64,000 nucleotides of DNA. Source: a virus. The DNA lies in the IMG/VR virus record IMGVR_UViG_3300044615_000494. One strand, given 5' to 3'. The first letter of the stretch is position 1; the number at the start of each line of letters is the position of its first letter. Below are positions 41,691-51,872 of this stretch, one piece after another. Both the position numbers and the translations under genes were made by a program. The notes under the pieces were generated by a model. The model saw nothing but the letters and a program-made list of their open reading frames with translations, made no database searches and was not told the origin of the DNA.

Positions 41691-42239
41691 TTATAAACTT
41701 TGACCCCAACGTGTGGATATTCTGTTCCAATCTATGATTTTCCATAATTGTTTTAGATATTCTTTCTTATCACTACCATAATCTAGTATCCACGCATGTT
41801 CCCACCAGTCCACCAATAGAAGTATGTCATTTTTAACTTCGTGATTAGTTATAGTTTTTATGGATCCGTCAGTAGAAAGATATGCCCATCCGGATCCTTG
41901 TATTTTCATAGCAGTTTCTTCGAACTTTTGCTGAAACTCACCGTAAGTTCCGTAATGTTTTTCTATAAAATTAGCGATAGGTCCATTGGGTTTATTGATG
42001 ACCCTTGCTTCACGGAATTGTTCGAACCAAATATTATGCAAGAACACTCCTGCATAGTTAAAATCCCTATCCCCTTCTTTGTTGTTATAACGTTTAGCAT
42101 AACCCTTTGCTAGTTTGTTATAATGAAGGTCAACGGTATCATCGCTCATCACAGGTTTAACATCTTTCCTTGTGAATTTGAGCGGGAATATTTCTATGTC
42201 TTTCGGTTTCCCTTCAAGCAGTGGTATTAATGATAGCAT
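41691..42239 (-). CDS. Fe/Mn superoxide dismutase
   Basis: DLH, FLH..WF, IQGSGWA and DWWEHA ligand motifs; start at 42239 supported by upstream TAAATA. Confidence 0.85.
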   Translation of the reverse strand: MLSLIPLLEGKPKDIEIFPLKFTRKDVKPVMSDDTVDLHYNKLAKGYAKRYNNKEGDRDFNYAGVFLHNIWFEQFREARVINKPNGPIANFIEKHYGTYGEFQQKFEETAMKIQGSGWAYLSTDGSIKTITNHEVKNDILLLVDWWEHAWILDYGSDKKEYLKQLWKIIDWNRISTRWGQSL

Positions 42240-42891
42240 TCTGATATTTATCGCGTATAATATCAGCACATAATCTATGCGTATCTACACCATAATGCTT
42301 GCCGTCAGCGGCATAATCAAGTCTGTCTATACGTATAGTCCTATGATCATAGGACTTGGTTGGGCCGAAAACTAATCGTATACAGGGAATGTCAATATAC
42401 ATAGACAACAACTTGTTTAACGTGAAGTTCCTGAACAAAAACATTCCCGATTCTTGTCCTTGGGTTATGAATTCTAAATCTTTGTCAGTCTTTCTCCATG
42501 GCCCGTATGGAACTACTAATGCAGATTCGCTCATCAATGTAGAGAATCTAGACTGATCCGGATATTGCAATACTAACAATTTGGGTTTAGGATAGGTGTG
42601 TAACCAGGTCATGACGTTGTAAAACAATACGTCAAACCCGCTAGCGGGAATACCTAGATTGTAATAATCGCACTGTAGTTCTTGCGCAGTAATATAAGGG
42701 TAAGTATCAGGAAAATCAAGTCCTTCACCCTCAGTATGACTACATCCTGCAAATAGTATATAGTTATTTAAATCTATCTGGTCTACATCTTTACATCTAT
42801 GACCAAAATTATTATATTTGAATATAATCCCGTCTTTGACAAGAGCATCATTGGGTCGATCATATCCTATGAAATTCTTGTTGAATTTCAT
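42214..42891 (-). CDS. SGNH-like protein
   Basis: FAGCSHTEG, YNLG and DGKHYG motifs. Confidence 0.5.
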   Translation of the reverse strand: MKFNKNFIGYDRPNDALVKDGIIFKYNNFGHRCKDVDQIDLNNYILFAGCSHTEGEGLDFPDTYPYITAQELQCDYYNLGIPASGFDVLFYNVMTWLHTYPKPKLLVLQYPDQSRFSTLMSESALVVPYGPWRKTDKDLEFITQGQESGMFLFRNFTLNKLLSMYIDIPCIRLVFGPTKSYDHRTIRIDRLDYAADGKHYGVDTHRLCADIIRDKYQNAIINTTA

Positions 42892-43106
42892 TATAACCTC
42901 CTTACTATTCTTCCCCTAGTAAGGTCATAGGGACTGAGTTCTAGTTCTACTTTGTCCCCGTCAAGAATTCTAATTTCATGTTGGCGCATCTTACCCGAAA
43001 TATAACCTAAGATTTTTTGTCCTCCGGTTATCTCTATTCTAAACGTGGCATTGGGTAATGCGTCTACAACGACTCCCTCTATCCTAATAGTACCTTCTTT
43101 AGCCAT
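42891..43106 (-). CDS. infA: Translation initiation factor IF-1
   Basis: MAKE...EG.V..ALPNA.F...ISGKMR...[19 protein letters not shown]. Confidence 0.95.
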   Translation of the reverse strand: MAKEGTIRIEGVVVDALPNATFRIEITGGQKILGYISGKMRQHEIRILDGDKVELELSPYDLTRGRIVRRL

Positions 43107-43121
43107 AAGCGTGTTTTGATG

Positions 43122-43676
43122 TTACTCCTCTAGATTGAAATTGAGATCCTTTAGTACTTTGATGTAAAGGTTCTCTCCGGCAGCGACTTGTTCTTTCCAA
43201 GTCACATTAGCATTCTCATCTGCCTTGTCGCTAATGTATTTCCAAATTTCGCATTCTGTGCCTGTTAGTAGACAAGCCTTAGCAATGCTATACGCTTCCA
43301 TTTCTACAATATCACATTGTATTCGTAACTTATGTGGTTCAGTCACAAACAGATCACCGCTAGCGCAGGTCTTGCCCTCACCACCTAGATCAATAAAACT
43401 CTTATGATCATTAAGATGTTCGCCGGGCTTGAGACCTACCGGCTTTAGATTGACATCATGCTGAAGTAATTTGTTAATTCTGTATATACCGTGACCTGCA
43501 GTCAATCCGCCAGCAGTACCTAGATTGATCACGCGATCTGGATTAAAACGATTTATCAATATTGTTGTATTGATAGCAGCGTTTACCTTCCCCACACCCA
43601 CACAAAATACATTTCTGTATTTCGCGAACAAGGTAGGCGCCTCTTCTCGCATAGCAAACAAAATTATATCATTCAT
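43122..43676 (-). CDS. MTA/SAH nucleosidase-like (PNP_UDP_1 fold)
   Basis: AMREE, GVGKVNAA, NLGTAGG, SGDLFV, VEMEA and YISD motifs. Confidence 0.82.
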   Translation of the reverse strand: MNDIILFAMREEAPTLFAKYRNVFCVGVGKVNAAINTTILINRFNPDRVINLGTAGGLTAGHGIYRINKLLQHDVNLKPVGLKPGEHLNDHKSFIDLGGEGKTCASGDLFVTEPHKLRIQCDIVEMEAYSIAKACLLTGTECEIWKYISDKADENANVTWKEQVAAGENLYIKVLKDLNFNLEE

Positions 43677-44229
43677 TTATGTTAATTAGATTGACGACCT
43701 GGACGCCTAGTTGGTTGAGAAGTTTCTCACCAGGTAAAAATGTGATGTTGAGTAAAGTTACCACGACCATATCTTTATATTCGATATCTAATCCTTCGTG
43801 TAACAACTTGCATATTGCTTCTGCCGTCCCGCCTGTAGCCAATACATCATCAATTATCATTACTGTACCTGCAGGCTTTTTGATTTTAGCGATCTCTAAT
43901 GTGTCTGTGCCGTATTCAAGTTGATATTCGCGGCTGATTAGTTCCCCGGGCATCTTACCTTTTTTACGCACTACATGTAATGGAATTTGATATTTGAATG
44001 CTACAGGTGCAGCCCATAGAAAGCCTCTAGCGTCAGCGGCAAATATTGTTCTAGCACTGATACTGTCAGCCACTCTACTATACCATACAACACTATTCCA
44101 AAATAGATCAGGGTCACGACATATATCTACAGTATTAAGATAATTCACGCCTTCTTTAGGCCAATCTTTGTATACCTTCAAATTACTTTCAACGTAATTT
44201 GATAGAGTTGAGTCGCTAATCCACTTCAT
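43669..44229 (-). CDS. apt: Adenine phosphoribosyltransferase
   Basis: DARGF, RKKGKMPG, YQLEYGTD and IIDDVLATGGT motifs. Confidence 0.9.
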   Translation of the reverse strand: MKWISDSTLSNYVESNLKVYKDWPKEGVNYLNTVDICRDPDLFWNSVVWYSRVADSISARTIFAADARGFLWAAPVAFKYQIPLHVVRKKGKMPGELISREYQLEYGTDTLEIAKIKKPAGTVMIIDDVLATGGTAEAICKLLHEGLDIEYKDMVVVTLLNITFLPGEKLLNQLGVQVVNLININE

Positions 44230-44819
44230 CGCTTAAGTATATCCCACATCTTTTCTTTTTCGATGAGTTCTTTTTCTAGTTCTTTATAACGCTTGCTCAG
44301 TTCTTTGAGTTCTTCCCAACGATCTTCAAGTTCTGGATTAGGTTTTAGTATAGCAAGACGTTCTTCTAATTTCTCTAATGTATCAGCAATGCTTTTGCCG
44401 TTGATCTTAACATCACCTTCAAACTCAGCATCACCTTTGACTTGTAATGTGCCTTGACGAACGTTTGATAAGTTACCCCAATTAACACCATTAGTACCGG
44501 TAGTTAGTATCTGCCCGCTATTAAGAGTATTAGGTCCTATCGTAATATTGGGTAAAGAAGTCCCGGCGGATGTCACATTATTATAAGTGTAATTATATTG
44601 TCCTGATGCTGATGCACCAATAGCACCAATAGAGAAACTATAGTCATCAGACAATGATATAGTGTCTGTCCCTATAGCACTGATAGTAAGAGCAGGTTGC
44701 GCTCCATAGCCGGTAGTATTCATGTTGTCATCGGTAAAATTTAAACTAAGTTGTGATTCTTCTTTTGATAAATCATCTAACCAACTATTCAGATCTTGTA
44801 AACTATTCTTAATAGTCAT
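44226..44819 (-). CDS. Hypothetical protein with low-complexity middle and coiled-coil C-terminus
   Basis: V.GDAEFEGDVKING...LEERLAIL.PNPELE..WEEL phage-type motif. Confidence 0.6.
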   Translation of the reverse strand: MTIKNSLQDLNSWLDDLSKEESQLSLNFTDDNMNTTGYGAQPALTISAIGTDTISLSDDYSFSIGAIGASASGQYNYTYNNVTSAGTSLPNITIGPNTLNSGQILTTGTNGVNWGNLSNVRQGTLQVKGDAEFEGDVKINGKSIADTLEKLEERLAILKPNPELEDRWEELKELSKRYKELEKELIEKEKMWDILKR

Positions 44820-44820
44820 T

Positions 44821-45003
44821 TTAAGCCTTTGAAAGATATAGTTCGCCGTTGGGGCCAATCTCTAATTTAATATCATCACCTTCTTTGAGTCCCATCTGTG
44901 CGAGTATCGGGGGAGGGATAGGAATAATTAGATCACCTGATTCAGGATCTTCCTGTGTGATGACTTCGTACCTTACATTATTCTGTGGTGAATTTTTAGC
45001 CAT
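44821..45003 (-). CDS. AbrB/MazE-like DNA-binding protein
   Basis: GDLIIPIP..ILAQMGLKEGD.I motif. Confidence 0.7.
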   Translation of the reverse strand: MAKNSPQNNVRYEVITQEDPESGDLIIPIPPPILAQMGLKEGDDIKLEIGPNGELYLSKA

Positions 45004-45046
45004 GATTTATTTTACAATATAATATTTTAGTTGTCAACTACAAAGG

Positions 45047-45667
45047 TCAATCAGTAACCCAATGCGCTAAAAAAATATCTCTATCCCCTTCATACCCCAT
45101 GGTGATTTTTTTGACCCCGTGACCATAATAACCGTTATGCGCTATCAATGAATTCGATAGTGTGTCATATGTTTCTATAGGTTCTTTATCAGTTAGACCT
45201 ATATCCATGATCCCGCCGTAACTTACATCCCATTCAGGATGCATATAGAATATGCTAATCCAAAATTTGCTTGGTGCTATATTCTTAGGACGTATATGTT
45301 TATGCCATTCTACAGAAGGTTTGTTATGTGTATATGCGCGAACCATATATGGTCTAGGATTCACAAGTCCCTTTTCCTTAAATACACCTTGCGTCTTATA
45401 CATGATATTGGAGTAGCCCTCACCTATATAAGGAATATAGTCTTCGATGTTGTATCTGTAATTAAAAAATGTGCCCGGCGATACTTCATAATCTGTATTG
45501 AGACCGGTACCGCTGTTAACAGGTTCTAATTTGTCTAATATAGTAGTAGTACCGTCAGAGTTCAAAACTACAGCAGGTTTTTTATCTTTGATCAACGACT
45601 TTTTATATGTCTGAAGTTGATCAAATTCAGACTGTTCTAACAGATTGGTCTTTTGAAAGACAGTCAC
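45047..45667 (-). CDS. 2OG-Fe(II) oxygenase-like protein
   Basis: EWHKH, IFYMHPEWDVSYGG and GHGV...R motifs; GTG start overlapping the upstream stop. Confidence 0.6.
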   Translation of the reverse strand: MTVFQKTNLLEQSEFDQLQTYKKSLIKDKKPAVVLNSDGTTTILDKLEPVNSGTGLNTDYEVSPGTFFNYRYNIEDYIPYIGEGYSNIMYKTQGVFKEKGLVNPRPYMVRAYTHNKPSVEWHKHIRPKNIAPSKFWISIFYMHPEWDVSYGGIMDIGLTDKEPIETYDTLSNSLIAHNGYYGHGVKKITMGYEGDRDIFLAHWVTD

Positions 45668-45668
45668 C

Positions 45669-46256
45669 TTACCAAGCACGACAACTCCAATATCTTGCTT
45701 TCCAGCGCGGACCCGGATTGTCACAATTGTGTCGTGCGCGGAAGTTTTTACGGCGTCCTGGGTTGCTCTTTTTGATACGCATCTTCTTGTCACCAAAGTT
45801 AACTTTGACAACATTACCTTTAGGACCTTTAACATAGACTTTAGATTTCTTGACATCACCTGCCATTGGCTTGCCAAGTGGAACTTTGCGTCCCTGATAT
45901 TCGGCTTCGTCAATCTCGTCTTTCTTTTCTTCTTTTTCTTTCTTGCGTTGATAAGCAGGCTTATCATAATCTGTCTTATCTACAGGCTTGGTCTTACCGC
46001 TTTTGATACGGTTGATAGTAGGCTCATCATACTTTTTCCAATCAGTCTCTTCTAAGACCAATCCATGCTCTGCTAATAGTTCAAGGGTCTTATCATCACC
46101 CTCAATCAATATTCCATCTTCATTAATATCAACTACACCGGATTCTATCACTAGGTCTTCACCTAATTCAATGTCAAAACTATCATGTAATTCTATTGAG
46201 CCCTCTTCTTCGCTCATCTCGTTGATCAAATCAAGTATATCGCGCATGTTGTTCAT
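45669..46256 (-). CDS. Conserved phage protein
   Basis: Acidic N-terminus; KVNFGD...RRKNFRARHNC...KARYWSC C-terminal domain familiar from T4-like phages. Confidence 0.7.
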   Translation of the reverse strand: MNNMRDILDLINEMSEEEGSIELHDSFDIELGEDLVIESGVVDINEDGILIEGDDKTLELLAEHGLVLEETDWKKYDEPTINRIKSGKTKPVDKTDYDKPAYQRKKEKEEKKDEIDEAEYQGRKVPLGKPMAGDVKKSKVYVKGPKGNVVKVNFGDKKMRIKKSNPGRRKNFRARHNCDNPGPRWKARYWSCRAW

Positions 46257-46278
46257 GGTATAATCCCTATCTATACAT

Positions 46279-46857
46279 CTATTTATTCAGGTAGGGGGCG
46301 TAAATTTTTTCAAGTTTTGATATGGTGTGCGCACCTGTATCCGGATCCTCATACTGATCTTCATGCTTGACTGCGATACCGCCCGCTCCCCTCCAAGCAT
46401 TTAAGTACTTACCATAGTCATCGACAAGCACGTTTGGGACACCGCCCACAGTAGCATATTTCGCTTTATTCTGTGTGAATATAGCATGTCCGCTACTTCC
46501 GCCGTGAAACTCGTCCAACCAATCACGCTTTGCTTTTACGCTGGCTTGACTATAGGGACCGCGCAAAGGTGCGCTGAGTACTGTATAGGGTATCTTATTC
46601 TGCACTAACCATTGTATCACTTGCATACCCCCGCTTAATGGGTCTAAATTACGGAAAAACTCATAGACTTCTTGCGGGGTGCTATGTGCTAGTTCGTTGA
46701 TTTCTTTTTCTTTATCTGCTATGGCTTTCCAATGCTCTACACCGCTACGTTTAGACCATGCACCGAAAAAGTCTGCCTGCACACCGTCCATATCTAGGTA
46801 AAGGTGTGGCATTTTATCTTTCATTTCTTCTTCTTTCAAAATTTCACTTATACGCAT
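46279..46857 (-). CDS. 5'(3')-deoxyribonucleotidase (NT5C, HAD)
   Basis: YLDMDGVQADF, LSAP, K..W and LVDD motifs. Confidence 0.8.
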   Translation of the reverse strand: MRISEILKEEEMKDKMPHLYLDMDGVQADFFGAWSKRSGVEHWKAIADKEKEINELAHSTPQEVYEFFRNLDPLSGGMQVIQWLVQNKIPYTVLSAPLRGPYSQASVKAKRDWLDEFHGGSSGHAIFTQNKAKYATVGGVPNVLVDDYGKYLNAWRGAGGIAVKHEDQYEDPDTGAHTISKLEKIYAPYLNK

Positions 46858-46861
46858 ATGT

Positions 46862-47146
46862 CTATTTATAGACGTTTTTAAACTTTTCGGGCCGTTTCGG
46901 ATCAGGTAAATAGTCTTTGTAAGGTATAGGACTATTGTCTTTACGTATGTGATCCCAACTCTTCATATCATCTCCGTATTTGATCATGAGATAACTCTGC
47001 GCTTCTTCCGGAACAGTATGGCTGATCAATAATAGATAATATTTCCATCGAATACGTTGTCTAAAATACTTTTTGATAGTATTGTCATTCAATATATCTT
47101 CAAATTTGTTATCTTCTCTGTAAAATAGATAATTCATTTTTTCCAC
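46862..47146 (-). CDS. Hypothetical protein
   Basis: 94-aa ORF in the operon. Confidence 0.55.
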   Translation of the reverse strand: MEKMNYLFYREDNKFEDILNDNTIKKYFRQRIRWKYYLLLISHTVPEEAQSYLMIKYGDDMKSWDHIRKDNSPIPYKDYLPDPKRPEKFKNVYK

Positions 47147-47337
47147 ATTATAAATTTGACGAAATCTTTCTCGTCATCGAATTGAAATTCATATCTACCA
47201 GGACTAGTGCCCGGTATGTTGATCATATCATAATGCCAATCGCGCTCACAGTTATATTGACACCATTGAACTATCTCTTTAAGAGATCCGAATTCTACAT
47301 CGACTTCTGTTTTATACGGGATTATGTTGGTGGACAT
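47134..47337 (-). CDS. Conserved phage hypothetical protein
   Basis: WC..NC...W and F.F.DEKD...F..W motifs. Confidence 0.55.
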   Translation of the reverse strand: MSTNIIPYKTEVDVEFGSLKEIVQWCQYNCERDWHYDMINIPGTSPGRYEFQFDDEKDFVKFIMWKK

Positions 47338-47779
47338 GTACGCCGCTCAGTTCAAGGAACTTTAAACCTGCATCACTACGATACTGATCTCTGTAGTATA
47401 CAGTATTGATGCCTGATTGATAAATCAATTTGGCACATTCGATACATGGTGCATGTGTGCAAAACAATGTAGCATCTTTACTGCTTTCTGTGCTTTGTGC
47501 CACCTTAGCAATCGCATTCGTCTCGGCGTGTAGTACTTCTGCCTTAGTTTTGAGTTGACCAGTTTTTTCTAATCTATTACCTTTTTCAAGATCGCTGACA
47601 AGAACTTCTTCTTCGTACTCACAAACATTTTCCCAACCGCTTGGCATACCGTTATAGCCAGTAGCAAGTATCTGATTGTCTTTGACGATAACCGCACCAA
47701 CATTTAATCGTTTAGCATAACTGAGGCCACTTGTGACCTCAGCAATCTTCATGTAATAATCAATAAACTTTGGTTTCAT
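47312..47779 (-). CDS. dCMP deaminase
   Basis: GYNG, HAETNAI and PCIEC zinc motifs. Confidence 0.9.
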   Translation of the reverse strand: MKPKFIDYYMKIAEVTSGLSYAKRLNVGAVIVKDNQILATGYNGMPSGWENVCEYEEEVLVSDLEKGNRLEKTGQLKTKAEVLHAETNAIAKVAQSTESSKDATLFCTHAPCIECAKLIYQSGINTVYYRDQYRSDAGLKFLELSGVHVHQHNPV

Positions 47780-48108
47780 TTCTCTAATAGATCACGCTTG
47801 TTGGGCTTGTCTTTCCATTCTGCGTGATCAGGCAATGCTTCTTTCTTTTTAGTGATAACTGGCCAACCACTTTGTGAAAGTTCAGTGTTGAGTTGAACCC
47901 AAAAGGGTATGTCAGGATAGTTCTTGTCTGTATCAACTTTGATCGCATCGACCGGGCATTCTGGAATGCATACACCGCAATCGATACATTCATCGGGGTT
48001 GATAGCAAGAAAATTAGGTCCCTCATAAAAGCAGTCGACCGGGCATACGGCTACGCAATCAGTATGCTTACACTTGATACAATTTTCAACTACTACGTGT
48101 GTCATCAA
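47776..48108 (-). CDS. fdxA: 7Fe ferredoxin (FdxA/FdI type)
   Basis: [21 protein letters not shown]...[16 protein letters not shown]. Confidence 0.93.
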   Translation of the reverse strand: MMTHVVVENCIKCKHTDCVAVCPVDCFYEGPNFLAINPDECIDCGVCIPECPVDAIKVDTDKNYPDIPFWVQLNTELSQSGWPVITKKKEALPDHAEWKDKPNKRDLLEK

Positions 48109-48114
48109 TAACTC

Positions 48115-48651
48115 CTAATCCCATAAATTTCTGTAATATTTACCAAATAAATCCAAACCTTCTTGTATGCGTTCTTCATGTTTACGCATACCTTCGTAAT
48201 CTGTCCAATGTTCTTTTGGATTTTTGTCTACCATTTGAAACGTTTTTTCTATCTTGCCGGTAACGGGATTGGGGAACTCTTTATCAGTCCTAACCCAATC
48301 AAATTCACTTCTACCGTGACGATACTTTTCTTCATACTCATCAAGTAGGATTTGCTCAAAACTCCATATCATTTTATCTAATACTTCGTTCCAACGTTCA
48401 ACACCTTTGTCGAAACACTCGTTATGTGTTTCTTTATAAAAGTCAAAACTTTCTTGTGCCTCATAATCGGCACCGCCTACTTCTGCAAATTCATGTGGGA
48501 TACCATGTTTACATTCTTTTAATTGAATCAACATGGGCAGTATGACATACGACAACGTATGATCCATGCTGAAAGAATCATGGCGCTCTATCTCTACCGA
48601 TATGCGCCTATCAATCGCTCTTTTGAAATACTTCCCGATGTTTACTTTCAT
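48115..48651 (-). CDS. Conserved phage hypothetical protein
   Basis: WNEVLDKMIWSF and RIQEGLDLFGKYY..LWD motifs. Confidence 0.7.
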   Translation of the reverse strand: MKVNIGKYFKRAIDRRISVEIERHDSFSMDHTLSYVILPMLIQLKECKHGIPHEFAEVGGADYEAQESFDFYKETHNECFDKGVERWNEVLDKMIWSFEQILLDEYEEKYRHGRSEFDWVRTDKEFPNPVTGKIEKTFQMVDKNPKEHWTDYEGMRKHEERIQEGLDLFGKYYRNLWD

Positions 48652-49043
48652 TGCAATTCTTTTAAATCATCACGTATCTTGCCCTCAACAAACCAAAATT
48701 GTTTAGATTCATGGTTGACTAGGGCAAACTTGACCTTTTCAAACTTATAGATATGTTCAGCGAGTTCTTCTATAGTCTTTGCTTGGCCCATGAATCTTCC
48801 TGTATCCTTGTTATATAATAGTATACTATTATCTGCGACCTCAGTAAAGAAATTAGGTACTTTGATAACTCTAGTCTCTAGTCCGTTTGCTTGATCAAAC
48901 ATCTCTACTATCTCTTCTAGCGTCATACCGTTTTCTTCAGCGATCTTTTTGATGGCTCGGCGAAGTTTGTAGGTCATGAAAAATTGACCGCATACCCAGC
49001 CGGACGCAAAGATAGATAGCACAAATAATAGTTCCATGCTCAT
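48648..49043 (-). CDS. Membrane-anchored hypothetical protein
   Basis: N-terminal hydrophobic helix. Confidence 0.6.
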   Translation of the reverse strand: MSMELLFVLSIFASGWVCGQFFMTYKLRRAIKKIAEENGMTLEEIVEMFDQANGLETRVIKVPNFFTEVADNSILLYNKDTGRFMGQAKTIEELAEHIYKFEKVKFALVNHESKQFWFVEGKIRDDLKELQ

Positions 49044-49045
49044 AT

Positions 49046-49534
49046 TTATTTTACTAATTGATCCCAATTATCCAAGCACTCGTCGTGCTTGATCCATTCA
49101 GTATTACCCTTAGGGGTATCCTTAGTTTTGATTACAAATCCCCAATCACGTACTTGAGGTCCCATGAAGAATAGTGTAGTAGCAGATCCTACATCTGGGT
49201 CCATTTCAAGCCAATGCAATGCTTTGCTACCGCGTATGATGATGCTACCCGGTCCACGCCAGCGAATCTTCTCGCCTCGTATATATTTTCCTATATACAA
49301 CGGGGTATGCTCATAGTAACCACCCTTAAGTATGATAGTCATATAAGGCCAGGGGTGGTCATGAAAAACAGGATCGTCACTACGAACAATCTTATGTAGT
49401 GTAAGATTGAACGGAAACCAGCAACGGTCCCTCAGAAATAAATAATACCGGTGCATATAATCTGCACCGGTCCGTCGATCATGTATTAAACGATATCGAC
49501 CAAGTTTGTTGAATAGTTTATGAAAAATATTCAT
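49046..49534 (-). CDS. Cupin-like protein
   Basis: HDHPW...ILKGGYYEH and H....TLF..GP...WGF motifs. Confidence 0.7.
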   Translation of the reverse strand: MNIFHKLFNKLGRYRLIHDRRTGADYMHRYYLFLRDRCWFPFNLTLHKIVRSDDPVFHDHPWPYMTIILKGGYYEHTPLYIGKYIRGEKIRWRGPGSIIIRGSKALHWLEMDPDVGSATTLFFMGPQVRDWGFVIKTKDTPKGNTEWIKHDECLDNWDQLVK

Positions 49535-49588
49535 TTATGATTTATAGTATGCGGGACTTAAGGCGCCCGCAGACCTTCTAATCAATGA

Positions 49589-49855
49589 TTAGACTAGACC
49601 AGCAGCCAACGCCTTGTAGCCGGCAGCAACAACAGCACGGCTCGGAGTTCCGAGACGATACTTAGTTGAAGTGCGACCCTTAGAGTCAGTGCTTGGGTTA
49701 GCGTAAACAGCGAAGCCCAAGAAGCGCAAGTCACTAACAGTGGCAGTCGGGTTAGCGATGCCAAAACGTGCCTTGATCTGGGCAGCAGTCAACTGCTCAC
49801 CAGTACGAAGAGCCTCAAGAAGACGACCCTGCTTAGTTACATTTACATTACTCAT
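49589..49855 (-). CDS. Winged-helix DNA-binding protein
   Basis: LLEAL..GE.LTA.QI..RFGI.NP.A.VSDLR..G motif; RBS GAGGA. Confidence 0.65.
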   Translation of the reverse strand: MSNVNVTKQGRLLEALRTGEQLTAAQIKARFGIANPTATVSDLRFLGFAVYANPSTDSKGRTSTKYRLGTPSRAVVAAGYKALAAGLV

Positions 49856-49944
49856 TTCAATTTCCTCTTAGTAAAAGCATTGTCTTTCAACAATGTAGAG
49901 ATATTATATGATATAGCACTTCAAGTATCAAGTACTTTGGTTGC

Positions 49945-50235
49945 CTAGATATACTGATCTATCAATGTGCCTACCCAATATGCATATTTGTAGTCACGAT
50001 ATGCTTGCACTTGACCCAAACGATTGTAGAGATTTAGATCCTTCATCTCATCTTGCATTTTTCTACGCTCAACGAGGCGCTGTTCTTCTTGATGTTTCTC
50101 AAGTTTCAATGCCTCACGCTCTACTTCTGCACGTTGATCTTCTAAACGACGGATGCGTAACTCATCCTGTTGTCGATTATAACGCTCAGTGTATTTTAAT
50201 AGAGGTGAGGGTACGAATGGAATTGGAGTAGTCAT
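49945..50235 (-). CDS. Hypothetical coiled-coil protein
   Basis: E/R-rich; ATGA coupling. Confidence 0.55.
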   Translation of the reverse strand: MTTPIPFVPSPLLKYTERYNRQQDELRIRRLEDQRAEVEREALKLEKHQEEQRLVERRKMQDEMKDLNLYNRLGQVQAYRDYKYAYWVGTLIDQYI

Positions 50236-51071
50236 AGTTCTATGATACTATTTACATCCCAACCACTGTCGGGTTCATAACCCTCGTATCCACGTGGATT
50301 ACAGGCCACTTTGGTAGATCCTATCATATATTCAAAAGCATGATGTGTATGCCCTTGAGTCCATAATTTGATCTGTGGATGATCAAGAATGAATTCGCTG
50401 AGGTCGCTACAGTATCCACCATTCAAGTGAAAATCATTTTTATATTGTTCGTGGATGCTAAGGTGACTTGGTCCCATATGGCCAACTACCACTACCTTAT
50501 TATAGTTTGGTAATGTTTCACGTAACCAATTCTTATGTTCTTGATGGCGCTCCATAGTATGCATGGCTCTAAGCCTACTAAATCCCAACTTATCATTGCG
50601 AATCAGTCTATGATCGTTCATCATAGACTCAACGCTATGCATAGTCAATGGGTCACCCTTGTTCAAGTCAGTCCAAAGAGTGCAACCAAGAAAGGCTATA
50701 TCATCGATGACTTTGACATCTTTCTCAAGGAAATAGATGTTTGGCCAATAACTACATTCCTCACGTAAGTAATCAAGTGTAGCATACCACTTACCATGAT
50801 AAAACTCATGGTTGCCTGCTACATAAATCACATGCGGAAAGTTCTTGCTACAGCGATCAAGAAAATTACGGAATCGATCTGCCTTTTGAGGTCGCATCTG
50901 ACCTCCCTTCCAAAGGTACTCCTGGGTTTGCAGCCAATCACCGCGAGGATGGTCGTGAAGGTCTTGTGCGATCATAATATCGCCGCTCAATATTAGTACA
51001 TCACAACCATTATTTGGAATGTCTACATCACTAAACTCAAGATGTAGATCACTCACTAATTTAATCTTCAT
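50232..51071 (-). CDS. Calcineurin-like metallophosphoesterase (intact)
   Basis: SDLH, GDI, GNHE, GH and GHTH all present; start MKIKLVSD. Confidence 0.9.
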   Translation of the reverse strand: MKIKLVSDLHLEFSDVDIPNNGCDVLILSGDIMIAQDLHDHPRGDWLQTQEYLWKGGQMRPQKADRFRNFLDRCSKNFPHVIYVAGNHEFYHGKWYATLDYLREECSYWPNIYFLEKDVKVIDDIAFLGCTLWTDLNKGDPLTMHSVESMMNDHRLIRNDKLGFSRLRAMHTMERHQEHKNWLRETLPNYNKVVVVGHMGPSHLSIHEQYKNDFHLNGGYCSDLSEFILDHPQIKLWTQGHTHHAFEYMIGSTKVACNPRGYEGYEPDSGWDVNSIIEL

Positions 51072-51669
51072 CTTCATCCTCTTCAAATTCCGGCACATTC
51101 CAATCGTAACCCTGCTCTTTAGCATGTGTTTCGCACAATGTACGGTGCCAACCTTGGGGCAGATATTTGCCCGGGTTACCACAGTCTTCACAAGTAACAG
51201 CACTCATGCTATCAGCCAACGATTCTACACCTTGACAGTATTCATCACCGCCATAGTAATAGAAACGCAACGTACCAAACTTTTCTTTGACTTGACTTGC
51301 TACAACTTGTGGGCACGCCTTAGGTACATCACGAAATTTAAGACCACGCTCAACATCTTCGTTAGTATACTTGATAGCGTATTCACGGGCTTGTAACCCC
51401 CTACCGTATGTGTGATACTTGATGAGAGGTTCAAGATCACCATTAATGGCCCTTTTGACAGCACGGTTATATCTAAGTGCGCGGGCGCGGCTTTTGCGTG
51501 ATTGGTCGATGTGCCATTGCATACTACGGCACATTTGATTGATGATGTTGAACCAACCATCACCGATATCAAATCCCCAGCACATGGCGGTAGTCCGCAT
51601 ATCGCCATGGCGATCACGGAAAATTTTTGGATATTGCTTGCACAGCAGTTCGTCAAGTTCTTTTTTCAT
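51061..51669 (-). CDS. Conserved phage protein with C-terminal Zn ribbon
   Basis: GDGW, VKEKFGTLRFY and CEDCG...LCETH motifs. Confidence 0.7.
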   Translation of the reverse strand: MKKELDELLCKQYPKIFRDRHGDMRTTAMCWGFDIGDGWFNIINQMCRSMQWHIDQSRKSRARALRYNRAVKRAINGDLEPLIKYHTYGRGLQAREYAIKYTNEDVERGLKFRDVPKACPQVVASQVKEKFGTLRFYYYGGDEYCQGVESLADSMSAVTCEDCGNPGKYLPQGWHRTLCETHAKEQGYDWNVPEFEEDEDED

Positions 51670-51872
51670 GTTGCGTCCCCTTGTTAGCGCACTATTATTA
51701 TACTATAGTGCTAGCAGGAAAACAACATGTTTGGGTCATTCTTCTGAATGCTTTTTACTTAATGATTTATTCTTTAATAATCTAAATTTTGGATGAATCA
51801 AAAACAATAGCAAAAATAGACTACCGAACATTATGATGAGCGGTAGCAATACTAGTTTGATCAAAAAATTCT

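Noticed and set aside
45668-45967. N-terminal 100 aa of ORF 45047..45967
   Set aside because: It is an out-of-frame overlap with the conserved C-terminal domain of 45669..46256; the GTG at 45667 is coupled to the upstream stop.
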